Source of the DNA: Terrimicrobiaceae bacterium
GTDB taxonomy: Bacteria > Verrucomicrobiota > Verrucomicrobiia > Chthoniobacterales > Terrimicrobiaceae
Reading direction: 5' to 3'
Assembly (NCBI GenBank): GCA_041752695.1
Contig: JBGSVZ010000031.1
Location: 125,229 to 189,228, forward strand
DNA length: 64,000 bases
How positions within the stretch are numbered: the first letter of the stretch is position 1; every line of letters starts with the position of its first letter. Of the stretch, positions 1 to 9,514 are shown one piece after another. The notes beneath the pieces are model-generated. The model worked only from the letters and a program-made list of their open reading frames with translations, was not told the DNA's origin and ran no database searches. Position numbers and translations under genes: made by a program.

Positions 1-1
1 G

Positions 2-2134
2 CTTGAACGCCGCGACGGCCCGGCCTTGCGGGACACGATTTTGTGGTTCGCGCTGATCCTCGGCTCCGGCTACGCCACCTATGCCTCATGGGGTTCGTGG
101 TGGGCGGCCCTGCCTTACATGGTTTATGCGGTGCTCTATGCCTCGACTTCGGATTCGCGCTGGCATGAGTCGGGCCACGGCACGGCGTTCAAGACCGATT
201 GGATGAACAACGTGCTCTACGAGATTGCCTCTTTCATGGTCATGCGCGAATCGACGGTCTGGCGTTGGAGTCACACCCGGCATCACAGCGATACCATCAT
301 CGTCGGACGTGATCCGGAAATCGTGGTGCCGCGTCCGCCGAACGTTAGGAACCTGATTCTCGGATTTTTCGTGCTGACGGTTTATCCCAGTTATTTCAAA
401 CACATCGTGCTGCACGCCCTTGGCCGCATGACGCCGGATGAGAAGACTTACATTCCCGAAAGTGAGTTCCCGAAGATTTATTTCAAGGCTCGGATCTATC
501 TGGCCATCTATCTTGGCGTCATCGCCCTGGCGATGGCGACGGGCAGCATTCTCCCGCTGCTCTTCGTCGGGTTGGTGAACATTTTCGGTTCCTGGCTGAT
601 GAGTGTCTATGGCCTGACGCAACATGCCGGCCTTGCGGAAAACGTGCTCGATCATCGGCTGAACTGCCGCACGGTTTATATGAATCCGATCAACCGTTAC
701 CTCTATTGGAACATGAACTACCACGTGGAGCATCACATGTTTCCCTTGGTGCCGTATCATGCCCTGCCGCAGTTGCACGAGGCGGTGAAAGCGGATATGC
801 CAGAGCCGTATCCGAACCTGCTTGCCGCCTGGAGTGAGATCATTCCTGCGGTGTTGCGTCAGGTTAACGACCCGGCCTATTACGTGAAACGCAAGCTGCC
901 CGATCCCGTCGTCAAATCGCCCGAAGGCCTGCAAGTCTCTGAAGTAAAGGCGGACGCCGGAGGCTGGATCGAAATCTGCGCCGCCGCCGACCTCGGTCGT
1001 GCTGATGTGCTCCGTTTCGATCATGGGAAAAAAACCTACGCCCTTTACCGCGATGAAAATGGCCAGCTTTACGCCACCGACGGCATCTGCACCCATGGAA
1101 ACACCCACCTCGCCGATGGCCTCGTCAAGGGCGACATCATCGAATGTCCGAAACACAACGGGCGATTCCATCTCGCCGATGGTTCACCCGCCCGTCCGCC
1201 GATCTGTCGTGGCCTCGCCACCTATCCGCTGGAGGAACGCAACGGACGGCTTCACCTGAATATTGTCCGTGCTGGTGGAGCCGCCGTTCGCACCCAAAAG
1301 ACCTACCAACTCCGCGCTGTGAGCAATCGCAACGTCGCCACTTTCATCAAGGAGCTTGTCCTCGAACCTGCCGACCCATTGGAAAAAATCACCTTCACCC
1401 CCGGCGATTATTTGCAAATCGACATCCCCGCCTACGACGAAATTCGTTTCCGCGATTTCGATATTCCCGAACCCTACGCCACCGTCTGGGAAAACCAGCA
1501 CGTCTTCGATCTCGTCGCCTGCAACCCCGCCGCCGGTCGCCGCAATAATTACTCACTCGCCAGCAATCAACAGACCGAACGCACCCTGCGTTTCAACGTC
1601 CGCATTGCCACGCCGCCGCCCGGTCAGGATTGTCCGCCCGGCGTAGGCTCCAGCTATGTTTTCAACCTGAAACCCGGCGATCCCGTCACCGCCATTGGTT
1701 CCTTCGGCGATTTCCACATCAAGCCCACCCAGCGGGAAATGCTCTACATCGGGGGTGGCGCGGGCATGGCACCCTTGCGCTCGCACCTCTCGCATTTGTT
1801 CGAGACCGAGAAGACCGCCCGGAAGGTCAGCTTCTGGTACGGTGCCCGCTCAAAGCAGGAGATTTTTTACGAAGACTACTTTCAGCAACTGGCAGCGGAA
1901 TATCCGAATTTCGCCTTTCATTTGGCCCTCTCCTCGCCGTTGCCGGAGGACACCTGGAGCGGTCTCCAAGGTTTCATTCACGAAGTCGTTTTGGAAAAAT
2001 ATCTCGCCTCGCATTCCAATCCCAAAGCGGTGGAATACTATCTCTGCGGCCCGCCCATGATGATCAAGGCTTGCACCAAAATGCTCGCCAATCTTGGAGT
2101 TCCGGCCAATCAAATCGCTTACGACGAATTTTAA
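2..2134 (+). CDS. 5'-truncated fusion: MocD-like membrane fatty-acid-desaturase/hydroxylase + Rieske ferredoxin (MocE-like) + NqrF-like FAD/NAD reductase
   Basis: The frame is open from base 2 (LERRDGPALRDT...). His boxes HESGH, HTRHH and HVEHH; Rieske CTH...CPKH; reductase motifs NYSLAS, GGGAGMAP, YYLCGPPMM and C-terminal YDEF. Confidence 0.88.
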   Translation, partial: LERRDGPALRDTILWFALILGSGYATYASWGSWWAALPYMVYAVLYASTSDSRWHESGHGTAFKTDWMNNVLYEIASFMVMRESTVWRWSHTRHHSDTIIVGRDPEIVVPRPPNVRNLILGFFVLTVYPSYFKHIVLHALGRMTPDEKTYIPESEFPKIYFKARIYLAIYLGVIALAMATGSILPLLFVGLVNIFGSWLMSVYGLTQHAGLAENVLDHRLNCRTVYMNPINRYLYWNMNYHVEHHMFPLVPYHALPQLHEAVKADMPEPYPNLLAAWSEIIPAVLRQVNDPAYYVKRKLPDPVVKSPEGLQVSEVKADAGGWIEICAAADLGRADVLRFDHGKKTYALYRDENGQLYATDGICTHGNTHLADGLVKGDIIECPKHNGRFHLADGSPARPPICRGLATYPLEERNGRLHLNIVRAGGAAVRTQKTYQLRAVSNRNVATFIKELVLEPADPLEKITFTPGDYLQIDIPAYDEIRFRDFDIPEPYATVWENQHVFDLVACNPAAGRRNNYSLASNQQTERTLRFNVRIATPPPGQDCPPGVGSSYVFNLKPGDPVTAIGSFGDFHIKPTQREMLYIGGGAGMAPLRSHLSHLFETEKTARKVSFWYGARSKQEIFYEDYFQQLAAEYPNFAFHLALSSPLPEDTWSGLQGFIHEVVLEKYLASHSNPKAVEYYLCGPPMMIKACTKMLANLGVPANQIAYDEF

Positions 2135-2137
2135 GCC

Positions 2138-3043
2138 GTGGCCTTTCTCCTCAACGACGGTTCCGGCGCACCGCCGAAACTCCGGGTTTATCTCAATCTG
2201 GACAACCTCGTCGATCTCCGCCCTGACTCCCGTTGGCGCGGTTGGGAAGGTCGGGAGCAGGACGAACATCTGTTCGCTGACGGGTTTGAAGGCGTGCAAC
2301 TCACCAACAACGAACCGCCATCCGCAGATGGCTTTTTGCCGCATTGCGGACTGGACCGCATCAACACGCCTGCGGAGGCCGATTCCATCGCCGCCCGGCA
2401 TGCGGCGAGGGGCGATCAATGCCTCACCGTTCATGCGGGCTGGGGTTTGGAAGAGGACGCGGAAATGTTTGCCATCGTCGAAGCCATCCTCGCCGCTTCG
2501 GACAAACAGCGGATTCCCATTTTTATCGAAACTCATCGGGCCACGATCACGCAGGATTTGTGGCGCACCGTGGAGATCACCAAAAAGTTTCCGGGAGTGC
2601 GCTTCAATGGGGACTTCAGCCATTATTATTGCGGGCAGGAAATGGTTTATGGCGGATTGGAAATGAAGCTCGCCTTCATGCAACCGATCTTCGACCGCAT
2701 CGGATTCCTCCACGGACGGATCGCGAGCCCAGGTTCGATGCAAGTGCCCATCGACTCAGACCTCCACGCGCGCCCCGCCCAGGCGCATGGGGTGGTGGAT
2801 TATCTGGCGCATTTCCGCGAAATCTGGACTTTGGCCATGCAGGGATTTCTTTCCACGGCGGGGCCGGGTGACGTACTCATTTTCGCCCCGGAACTCCTCG
2901 CTGGCACGAATTATTACGCCCGGTTGTTTCCCGCTGCTTCGGGAAAAATGGAAGAGGAGTCGGATCGTTACGAGCAGGCTTTGCTTTACGGGAAGCTGGC
3001 CCGATCCTGTTTTGCCGAAGCTCAAAAACGCTTAATTGTTTAA
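2138..3043 (+). CDS. Xylose-isomerase-like TIM-barrel protein (sugar phosphate isomerase/epimerase family)
   Basis: ETHR, DFSH and LHGR motifs typical of AP-endonuclease-2/xylose-isomerase-like barrels; starts 3 bp after the previous gene. Confidence 0.7.
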   Translation: MAFLLNDGSGAPPKLRVYLNLDNLVDLRPDSRWRGWEGREQDEHLFADGFEGVQLTNNEPPSADGFLPHCGLDRINTPAEADSIAARHAARGDQCLTVHAGWGLEEDAEMFAIVEAILAASDKQRIPIFIETHRATITQDLWRTVEITKKFPGVRFNGDFSHYYCGQEMVYGGLEMKLAFMQPIFDRIGFLHGRIASPGSMQVPIDSDLHARPAQAHGVVDYLAHFREIWTLAMQGFLSTAGPGDVLIFAPELLAGTNYYARLFPAASGKMEEESDRYEQALLYGKLARSCFAEAQKRLIV

Positions 3044-3045
3044 GT
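3030..3045. promoter_or_regulatory. Palindromic operator candidate GCTTAA-N4-TTAAGT upstream of GH2
   Basis: The same motif recurs at 5352-5367 and 17835-17850, and degenerately at 13453-13468. Confidence 0.5.
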
Positions 3046-3099
3046 TGAAAAAATGGATTTTCGGTCGAAAGCCTTCTCAAACGCATCAAAATCCCCGTC

Positions 3100-5334
3100 T
3101 TGAAAAGTTCCAATCCTGTCGTCGTTGAAAATCCGGTTCCTACTGCCCAAGTCCAATCGTTGGTTTGGGAAGTGGGTTTTCATCAAGAGCTGAATCAAGT
3201 TCCCTCGGAGTGGGTGCCTGCGACCGTGCCGGGTGCGGTGCAACTTGATTACGCCAAAGCTCATCAATGGCCTCCGCATTGGATCGCCGACAATTTTCGC
3301 GACTACGCCTGGATGGAGGATGTTTTCTGGACCTATCGGGCGTCGGTGACGACACCGGTCGGCGGCAAGGAAAACGACCGACTTTTTCTCGTAATCGGCG
3401 GGGTGGATTATCGGTTTCAAATTTCCATCAATGGCGTGGTGTTGTTGGAGCAGGAAGGGATGTTTACGCCGGTGGAATGGGATGTCACGGAACGGCCCGG
3501 CGAATTGACGGTGACGATCTGGCCGGTGCCAAAATCCCATGCACAGCCAGCGGATCGCGGGCAGGCGGATCGCTCCTGCAAACCGGCGGTGAGTTATGGA
3601 TGGGATTTTCACGCCCGCTTGATTCCAACCGGGATCTGGAAAGCCGCGCGACTGGAATGGCGTGCGCCGGTGCGGATTTTACATGCGCAAGTTTTTTATG
3701 ATCTGGCCCCGGATTTTTCCACCGCAGAAGTTCGGGTGGAAGTCCGAGTTTCCGAAGGCGATTCAAGGCGAAAGCTGGTTGCGAGCTCCTTTGGCCCGGA
3801 TGGAAGGCTTCTTAGTCGGACGGAAACGCCTGCCGAGGAATTCCTCAACAGCCACCAATCACCAATCACCAATCCCGCGCTCTGGTGGCCGCACACTCAT
3901 GGCCAACCCGCGCTGTATCGCGTGGTGGTTGATCTGCTTGACGCTGAAGGGACGGTGCTCGATTCCCGCGAGATCGTCTTTGGTTTGCGCCGCGTCCGCT
4001 TGGTGATGGCGCAGGGGATTTGGAAGGAGCCGGGTGAGGGCTTCCCGAAGACACGCTGCAATCCTCCGATGACGCTGGAAATCAATGGGCGTGAGATTTT
4101 TGCGAAAGGCTCCAATGTCGTCGCGTCGGATATCTTCCCCGGCACAATCACGGACGAAGATCATGCCACGCTGGTGGGTTTGGCAAAGGACGCGAACTTC
4201 AACCTTCTGCGTTTGTGGGGAGGAGCGGCTACGCCAACGGATGCATTCTTCGCGTGCTGCGACAGGCTGGGGATCATGGTCTGGGCGGAGTTTCCGCTCT
4301 CCTGCAATGCGTATGGCGACGAGCCGGAGTATTTGCGCGTGCTCGATCAGGAATCGCGCAGCATCATCCAAGCGCTGCGTCCGCATCCCTCCGTGGTGCT
4401 GTGGTGCGGGGGGAATGAGCTGTTTAACTCGTGGTCCCGCATGACCGATCAGTCCCTGGCATTGCGTTTGTTGAATCGGAACTGCTATGACCTCGATCGA
4501 GGGCGGCCGTTTCTCCCGACCTCGCCTGTCATGGGGGTGGGACATGGAGCTTACACCTTTATTGATCCTGCCAGTGGCCGTGAGATCTGGCACGCCTATC
4601 AACACGCGGAGCATACCGCCTACACCGAGTTCGGGTGCCCGGGACCGATTGATGCCGCACGATTACGCGAGATTATTCCCCACGAGCAACTGCTGCCGCC
4701 CCGTGCGGGCACGGCTTGGGAGACTCACCATGGCTTTGGCTCCTGGGACATGGATCCGGCCACCTGGCTGCAATTGCCAACTATCGAGCGGTATTTTCCC
4801 GAAACCACGTCCCTGGAGGAGATCGTCGAACGCGGTCAGTTTTTGCAAGCCGAGGGCTTGCGCGGAGTCTATGAGGAGATTCGGCGGCAAGCACCCTTTG
4901 CGAGCATGGCTTTGAGTTGGTGCTTCAACGAGCCATGGCCCTGCGCGGCCAATTGCAGCCTGCTCGGCTGGCCTTTCGTTCCGAAAAAAGCCTACATCGC
5001 CGTCACCGAGGCGTGCCGCCCGATGCTGGCGAGTGCGAAGATTCCGAAGTTTGGCTGGCGAGGTGGGGAGGTTTTCTTCGCAGAGCTTTGGGTGCTCAAT
5101 GATAGTTTCGACGAAACTCCGGGACTGGTGGTTGAGCCCTTTTTGCATGTCGGCGAGGAGTCCATTCCGTTGGAGATTTGGGAGGCCGAAGCCACCGCGC
5201 CACAGACTAACCGCCAGGGGCCGTGCGTCCGTGCCTCCTTGCCGGAGGGCATCGGCGGTGTGTTTGCTTTGGAGCTTAAAGTCCAGGGCCTGCCTTCGCT
5301 CAGCAGCCGGTATGGCCTTTGTTTCCTGCCATAG
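3100..5334 (+). CDS. Glycoside hydrolase family 2 (beta-mannosidase-like)
   Basis: ATVPG, YGWDF, FAKGSN, NLLRLWGG, LRPHPSVVLWCGGNE (acid/base) and TEFG (nucleophile). TTG start uncertain. Confidence 0.88.
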   Translation: MKSSNPVVVENPVPTAQVQSLVWEVGFHQELNQVPSEWVPATVPGAVQLDYAKAHQWPPHWIADNFRDYAWMEDVFWTYRASVTTPVGGKENDRLFLVIGGVDYRFQISINGVVLLEQEGMFTPVEWDVTERPGELTVTIWPVPKSHAQPADRGQADRSCKPAVSYGWDFHARLIPTGIWKAARLEWRAPVRILHAQVFYDLAPDFSTAEVRVEVRVSEGDSRRKLVASSFGPDGRLLSRTETPAEEFLNSHQSPITNPALWWPHTHGQPALYRVVVDLLDAEGTVLDSREIVFGLRRVRLVMAQGIWKEPGEGFPKTRCNPPMTLEINGREIFAKGSNVVASDIFPGTITDEDHATLVGLAKDANFNLLRLWGGAATPTDAFFACCDRLGIMVWAEFPLSCNAYGDEPEYLRVLDQESRSIIQALRPHPSVVLWCGGNELFNSWSRMTDQSLALRLLNRNCYDLDRGRPFLPTSPVMGVGHGAYTFIDPASGREIWHAYQHAEHTAYTEFGCPGPIDAARLREIIPHEQLLPPRAGTAWETHHGFGSWDMDPATWLQLPTIERYFPETTSLEEIVERGQFLQAEGLRGVYEEIRRQAPFASMALSWCFNEPWPCAANCSLLGWPFVPKKAYIAVTEACRPMLASAKIPKFGWRGGEVFFAELWVLNDSFDETPGLVVEPFLHVGEESIPLEIWEAEATAPQTNRQGPCVRASLPEGIGGVFALELKVQGLPSLSSRYGLCFLP

Positions 5335-5351
5335 ATGGCGGACAGTTTGAC

Positions 5352-5367
5352 GCTTAACTGTTAAAGC
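5352..5367. promoter_or_regulatory. Palindromic operator candidate GCTTAA-N4-TAAAGC next to a TTGACG -35-like hexamer
   Basis: Intergenic; a copy of the recurring motif. Confidence 0.5.
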
Positions 5368-5421
5368 AAAATAGTCCGCCGTCTGGAATGGGTTTTGGAT
5401 ATCGTAAACGACATCTGCTCC

Positions 5422-6762
5422 ATGACCAATTCCTCTCTTGTTTCAAATGGTGCCGAGACTTTTTTCCGTGCACGTAAAGAGTTCGGCGAACAGCCTGTTT
5501 TTAGGGTTCGGATCAACGGCCAATTGGAGGAGATCATTGAAACGCCGTCGGCGGCGGTGGTGCGTCCGCTGGTGACTGAGCCGCTGGAGATCCTGGTTCA
5601 ATATAAAGCGCCGGTTCGTGATGTGGTGGTTCGGCCCTTGCGGCTGGGGATCGTTCCAGAAATCGAGGGGAATACGCTGCGATTTTTTCTGAACGAGCCG
5701 TGCGGGGTGAGCGTGGAAATCAATGGTGATTTGGATTTTCCGCTGCTCGTTTTGGCGGAGGAAGAGATTTTTCCGCCGGAGTTGGCCCCGAACACAATCA
5801 TTCTCGGCAAGGGCAATCACGACGCTTCCGAGATCACATTAGCGGATGACAGTGTGCTCTTTTTGGATCATGGAGCACGCCTCTCTGGGCCGTTGCACCT
5901 GCGGGGGTTGAAAAACGTTCGAATATTTGGTTTGGGGATTATTGATGCCACCAACGCTGATCCTGCGAAAAACAAGACGGCGATTCTTCTCGATCGCTGC
6001 GAGAATGTGACGATTTCCGGGCCGCTGGGGTTCATGTGCGGACAGTGGGGCTGCATCATCCGGAGCAGTCGCCAGATTGAGGTTCGCAATCTGAAACTCC
6101 TCGGGCATGAAAAGTGCAGCGACGGAATCGATGTGGACGGAAGCCACCATGTCCGCGTGTCAGGGTGCTTCATCAAAAACAACGACGACTGCCTCTGCAT
6201 CAAATCCTCGCCGCTGGCGGAAGGGGCGTCAGTGGAGGATGTGGAGTTTTCCAACTGCACGCTGTGGAATGGACCTGCGGGCAACGGCATCGAACTGGGC
6301 TACGAATCGCAGACCCACGCCTTCCGCGACATCACTTTTCGCAATATCGACATCATCCATGTACAGACCGAGGAGGGGGGTGGTTGGGTCGATCGTATGG
6401 CGGCGATTTCCATGCACATCACCCACGATGCCCACGTGCAGAATGTGCTGTTCGAAAACATCACCATCGAAGATGTGCAGACTCCGAAGATGATCCAGTT
6501 GACGACATTCCACTACTACCGCGACCACGGCTGGTTCAGTCCTGCGGATCGCCTAGCGAAGGGAAAAATCAGTAATGTGCGATTAAAGAATGTTCATTTT
6601 CTGAAGGCGTTTGAATGCCGGGTGCACGTGGAGGGATTTAATGGCCCGGACGATATCGAGAATGTCAGCTTTGAAAATGTGACGTTGGAGGGTGTCAATC
6701 TTGGGAACCGTCCCGATCTCGCGCTGGAGGTGGTGAATACCAAAAACTTCAGCATCACTTAG
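5422..6762 (+). CDS. Parallel beta-helix glycoside hydrolase (GH28/polygalacturonase-like)
   Basis: SDGID, NNDDCLCIKS and repeated I-x-F-x-N-I beta-helix turns. ATG 5422 preferred over TTG 5395. Confidence 0.78.
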   Translation: MTNSSLVSNGAETFFRARKEFGEQPVFRVRINGQLEEIIETPSAAVVRPLVTEPLEILVQYKAPVRDVVVRPLRLGIVPEIEGNTLRFFLNEPCGVSVEINGDLDFPLLVLAEEEIFPPELAPNTIILGKGNHDASEITLADDSVLFLDHGARLSGPLHLRGLKNVRIFGLGIIDATNADPAKNKTAILLDRCENVTISGPLGFMCGQWGCIIRSSRQIEVRNLKLLGHEKCSDGIDVDGSHHVRVSGCFIKNNDDCLCIKSSPLAEGASVEDVEFSNCTLWNGPAGNGIELGYESQTHAFRDITFRNIDIIHVQTEEGGGWVDRMAAISMHITHDAHVQNVLFENITIEDVQTPKMIQLTTFHYYRDHGWFSPADRLAKGKISNVRLKNVHFLKAFECRVHVEGFNGPDDIENVSFENVTLEGVNLGNRPDLALEVVNTKNFSIT

Positions 6763-6776
6763 TCGGCTTAGCTTTC

Positions 6777-8201
6777 ATGTCTGACAGTCCCCCTCAGCCG
6801 GCCGCTCCGTCGGCTCCCAAAAAGTCGGTCCATCAAGCCAGCAACCGTGAGATTTTCGCTTGGTCCACGGGTGCGGTGACCAACAGTTTTTTCCAAAGTC
6901 TGAATGCGAATCTGACGCCGTTTTTTAATACGACGTTGGGGATGAACGCCGGACTGATTGGCATTGCCACGGCCATTCCGCGGCTGTTCGATGCGTTCAC
7001 CGACCCTGTCATGGGGCACATTTCAGACAATACGCACACGCGGTGGGGACGCCGCCGTCCCTTTATCTTTTTGGGTGCCATCCTGTGCGCTTTGTTCGTG
7101 GCGCTGCTTTGGTGGGCACAGCCGGGCTGGTCACAGTCGGCGATGTTCATCTGGCTGATGGCATTGATGATTCTCCTTAGCATCGGCACCACAATTTACA
7201 GCATCCCGATGGAGGCCCTTGGTTACGAGCTCACGGATGATTACAATCAGCGGACGAAGATTCAGACCGTAAAGTTCTTCTTTGCCGCGGTCGTGGGCCT
7301 CGGTGTGCCTTGGATCTATTGGCTGACTTTACGCCCGGTTTGGGGCGGGGAGGTTGCGGGATTTCGCTGGGTCTATTTTATCGTGGCTCTCTTGATCATC
7401 GTCTTTGGGATCATTCCGGCGGTTTTTTGCAAAGAACGGTTTCAACGATCGAACAAGACGAAAGAGAATATCCGTGAAGGACTCATGGAAACGCTGCGGA
7501 ATCCCTATTTTCGCCAGATTATTTACATTCGACTGTCAAACGTCCTGGGCTTCACGGTTTTCAGCGGGATGGGTTTTTACATCAACTATTATTACATCTG
7601 TCAGGGCGACAAGGATCTCGCCACCAAGATCGGGGGCATCAATGGTACCTTTTACGGCGTGCTCTCCTTCGGGTTCTTGTTTTTGATTCCCTGGATCGGC
7701 CGCACGATCGGAAAACGCACTTCCATGCTCACCGGGCTGGCCTTACAGTTCCTTGGAGCGCTTTTAAATCCCATCATCCAGACGCCTGCTTTGCCTTATT
7801 TGCAATTGATTGGAACCGCACTGGCGGTTCCGTCGGGTTTGATGACTAATATTTTCGTCTCGTCGTTCATGCCTGATGTCTGCGATCTTGGAGAGCGTCA
7901 AACGGGCAGGCGCATGGAAGGTACCTATAGTGCTGTAGCGGGTTTTTTGAGTAAAATCGAATACACAGCGCTTGCCGTCGTCGTGGGGTTTCTCATCAGT
8001 TTTTCCGGGGTTGTTCCGGGGGCCGTCGTCCAGACAGAAGAGGTGCAAAACAACATTCGCTGGCTGGCCTACGTGCCCAGCATATTCTTCGGCGCGGTCA
8101 CCCTCTGGCTGGGCTTTAGATTCAAGGTCGATCAAAAACTGATGGAAGAGACCCGAGCCATCCTTGATGCCCGTCGCACCGATGGTGGCGAAATCATTTG
8201 A
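6777..8201 (+). CDS. MFS glycoside-pentoside-hexuronide (GPH) sugar transporter
   Basis: DAFTDPVMGHISDNTHTRWGRRRPF signature, about 12 TM segments, GRRMEGTY motif. Confidence 0.92.
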   Translation: MSDSPPQPAAPSAPKKSVHQASNREIFAWSTGAVTNSFFQSLNANLTPFFNTTLGMNAGLIGIATAIPRLFDAFTDPVMGHISDNTHTRWGRRRPFIFLGAILCALFVALLWWAQPGWSQSAMFIWLMALMILLSIGTTIYSIPMEALGYELTDDYNQRTKIQTVKFFFAAVVGLGVPWIYWLTLRPVWGGEVAGFRWVYFIVALLIIVFGIIPAVFCKERFQRSNKTKENIREGLMETLRNPYFRQIIYIRLSNVLGFTVFSGMGFYINYYYICQGDKDLATKIGGINGTFYGVLSFGFLFLIPWIGRTIGKRTSMLTGLALQFLGALLNPIIQTPALPYLQLIGTALAVPSGLMTNIFVSSFMPDVCDLGERQTGRRMEGTYSAVAGFLSKIEYTALAVVVGFLISFSGVVPGAVVQTEEVQNNIRWLAYVPSIFFGAVTLWLGFRFKVDQKLMEETRAILDARRTDGGEII

Positions 8202-8223
8202 ATGCCCTAACAATTTGGAAACC

Positions 8224-9501
8224 ATGCGTCCGATGACCATTCCCAAACCGCTTCCCCGCATTGCCCGATTTGAAAGCCTCGCCTACGGGATGTTTCTCCA
8301 CTGGGGCCTCTATTCGCAGCTTGGTGCCGGCGAGTGGGTGATGCTGAATCGGGCGATCCGTCCGAAGGACTACAACAAACTCCAGCAAGCTTTCACCGCC
8401 GCCGACTTCGATGCACGCGCCTGGGCTCGTCTCGCCAAGAGCGCCGGGATGCGCTATCTCACGCTGACCACGCGCCACCATGAAGGATTCTCGCTCTACG
8501 ATACATGCGGCCTGTCCACCTTCGACGCGCCCCATTCTCCGGCAGGCCGCGACCTCGTTGCCGAGTTCGCCGATGCCTGCCGTGCCGAGGGGCTGATTCC
8601 GTTTTTTTATCACACGACGATTGACTGGCAGTGGTGGAAAAAACTCGTCCATCCTCCGGCTGCGGATGGTGGGCCTGATTTTGAAACCTATCTTGACTAC
8701 CTCCACGCCTCCGTGGAAATCCTCTGCAAGAACTACGGCAAGATCGGCGGCCTGTGGTTTGATGGCAACTGGGCTCATCCACAAGCCGATTGGAAGGAAG
8801 ACCGGCTCTACAAATTGATTCGCAAACACCAACCCGAGGCGCTTATCATCAATAATACCGGCCTCGATTTTCGTGGCGCCAAAGGTCATCCCGAGCTTGA
8901 TAGCACCACCTTCGAGCAGGGGCTTCCCACGCGCCCCGACCGCCGGGGCTGGCCAAAATATCTCGCCGGGGAAATGTGTCAGACGATGAACGCGCATTGG
9001 GGGGTGGGAGAGCGGGATTTTAATTACCTCTCGCCCGTTCAGATCATCGAAAACCTCGCGCTCTCTCGCAAAGCGGGTGCGAACTATCTGCTCAACGTCG
9101 GTCCGACGGCTCAGGGAGGCATCCCGGATTATGAGGCGGGGGCGTTGCGCCGCGCCGGTGAGTGGGTTGCGCTATATGCTGACATTCTGCGTGACGGTCG
9201 CCCGGTGGACAATGTGCGCTGTACGGGCCGAGATTTTCTGCTCAAAGCCGGGCGTAAGTTTTACTATTTCGCATTCAATCTGCCGATCCGCGGCAACGAC
9301 CACGTCACTGTGACCAGTGGCGCATCCGGTCCCCGCACTTTGAGTGGCCTGAAACCAAGCATCCGTGCCGTCCACTGGCTGGACAACGACGAAAGACTCA
9401 CCTTTACACAGGATTCGAAAGCCGGCTTTTTCGCTTTGGAGTGCACACCGTATCCTTATGGCACACAGCTTGTCGTGCGCGTCGCCGAGTTGGAGACTTG
9501 A
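8224..9501 (+). CDS. Alpha-L-fucosidase, GH29
   Basis: GMFLHWGLYS, LTTRHHEGFSLY, GLWFDG (nucleophile) and NYLLNVGP; no signal peptide. Start is ATG 8224 or 8233. Confidence 0.9.
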   Translation: MRPMTIPKPLPRIARFESLAYGMFLHWGLYSQLGAGEWVMLNRAIRPKDYNKLQQAFTAADFDARAWARLAKSAGMRYLTLTTRHHEGFSLYDTCGLSTFDAPHSPAGRDLVAEFADACRAEGLIPFFYHTTIDWQWWKKLVHPPAADGGPDFETYLDYLHASVEILCKNYGKIGGLWFDGNWAHPQADWKEDRLYKLIRKHQPEALIINNTGLDFRGAKGHPELDSTTFEQGLPTRPDRRGWPKYLAGEMCQTMNAHWGVGERDFNYLSPVQIIENLALSRKAGANYLLNVGPTAQGGIPDYEAGALRRAGEWVALYADILRDGRPVDNVRCTGRDFLLKAGRKFYYFAFNLPIRGNDHVTVTSGASGPRTLSGLKPSIRAVHWLDNDERLTFTQDSKAGFFALECTPYPYGTQLVVRVAELET

Positions 9502-9514
9502 ATCGACTTAGTCG

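Noticed and set aside
1290..2134. Na+-NQR subunit F (nqrF)
   Set aside because: Only the FAD/NAD module is present, fused to desaturase and Rieske domains; no other nqr genes.
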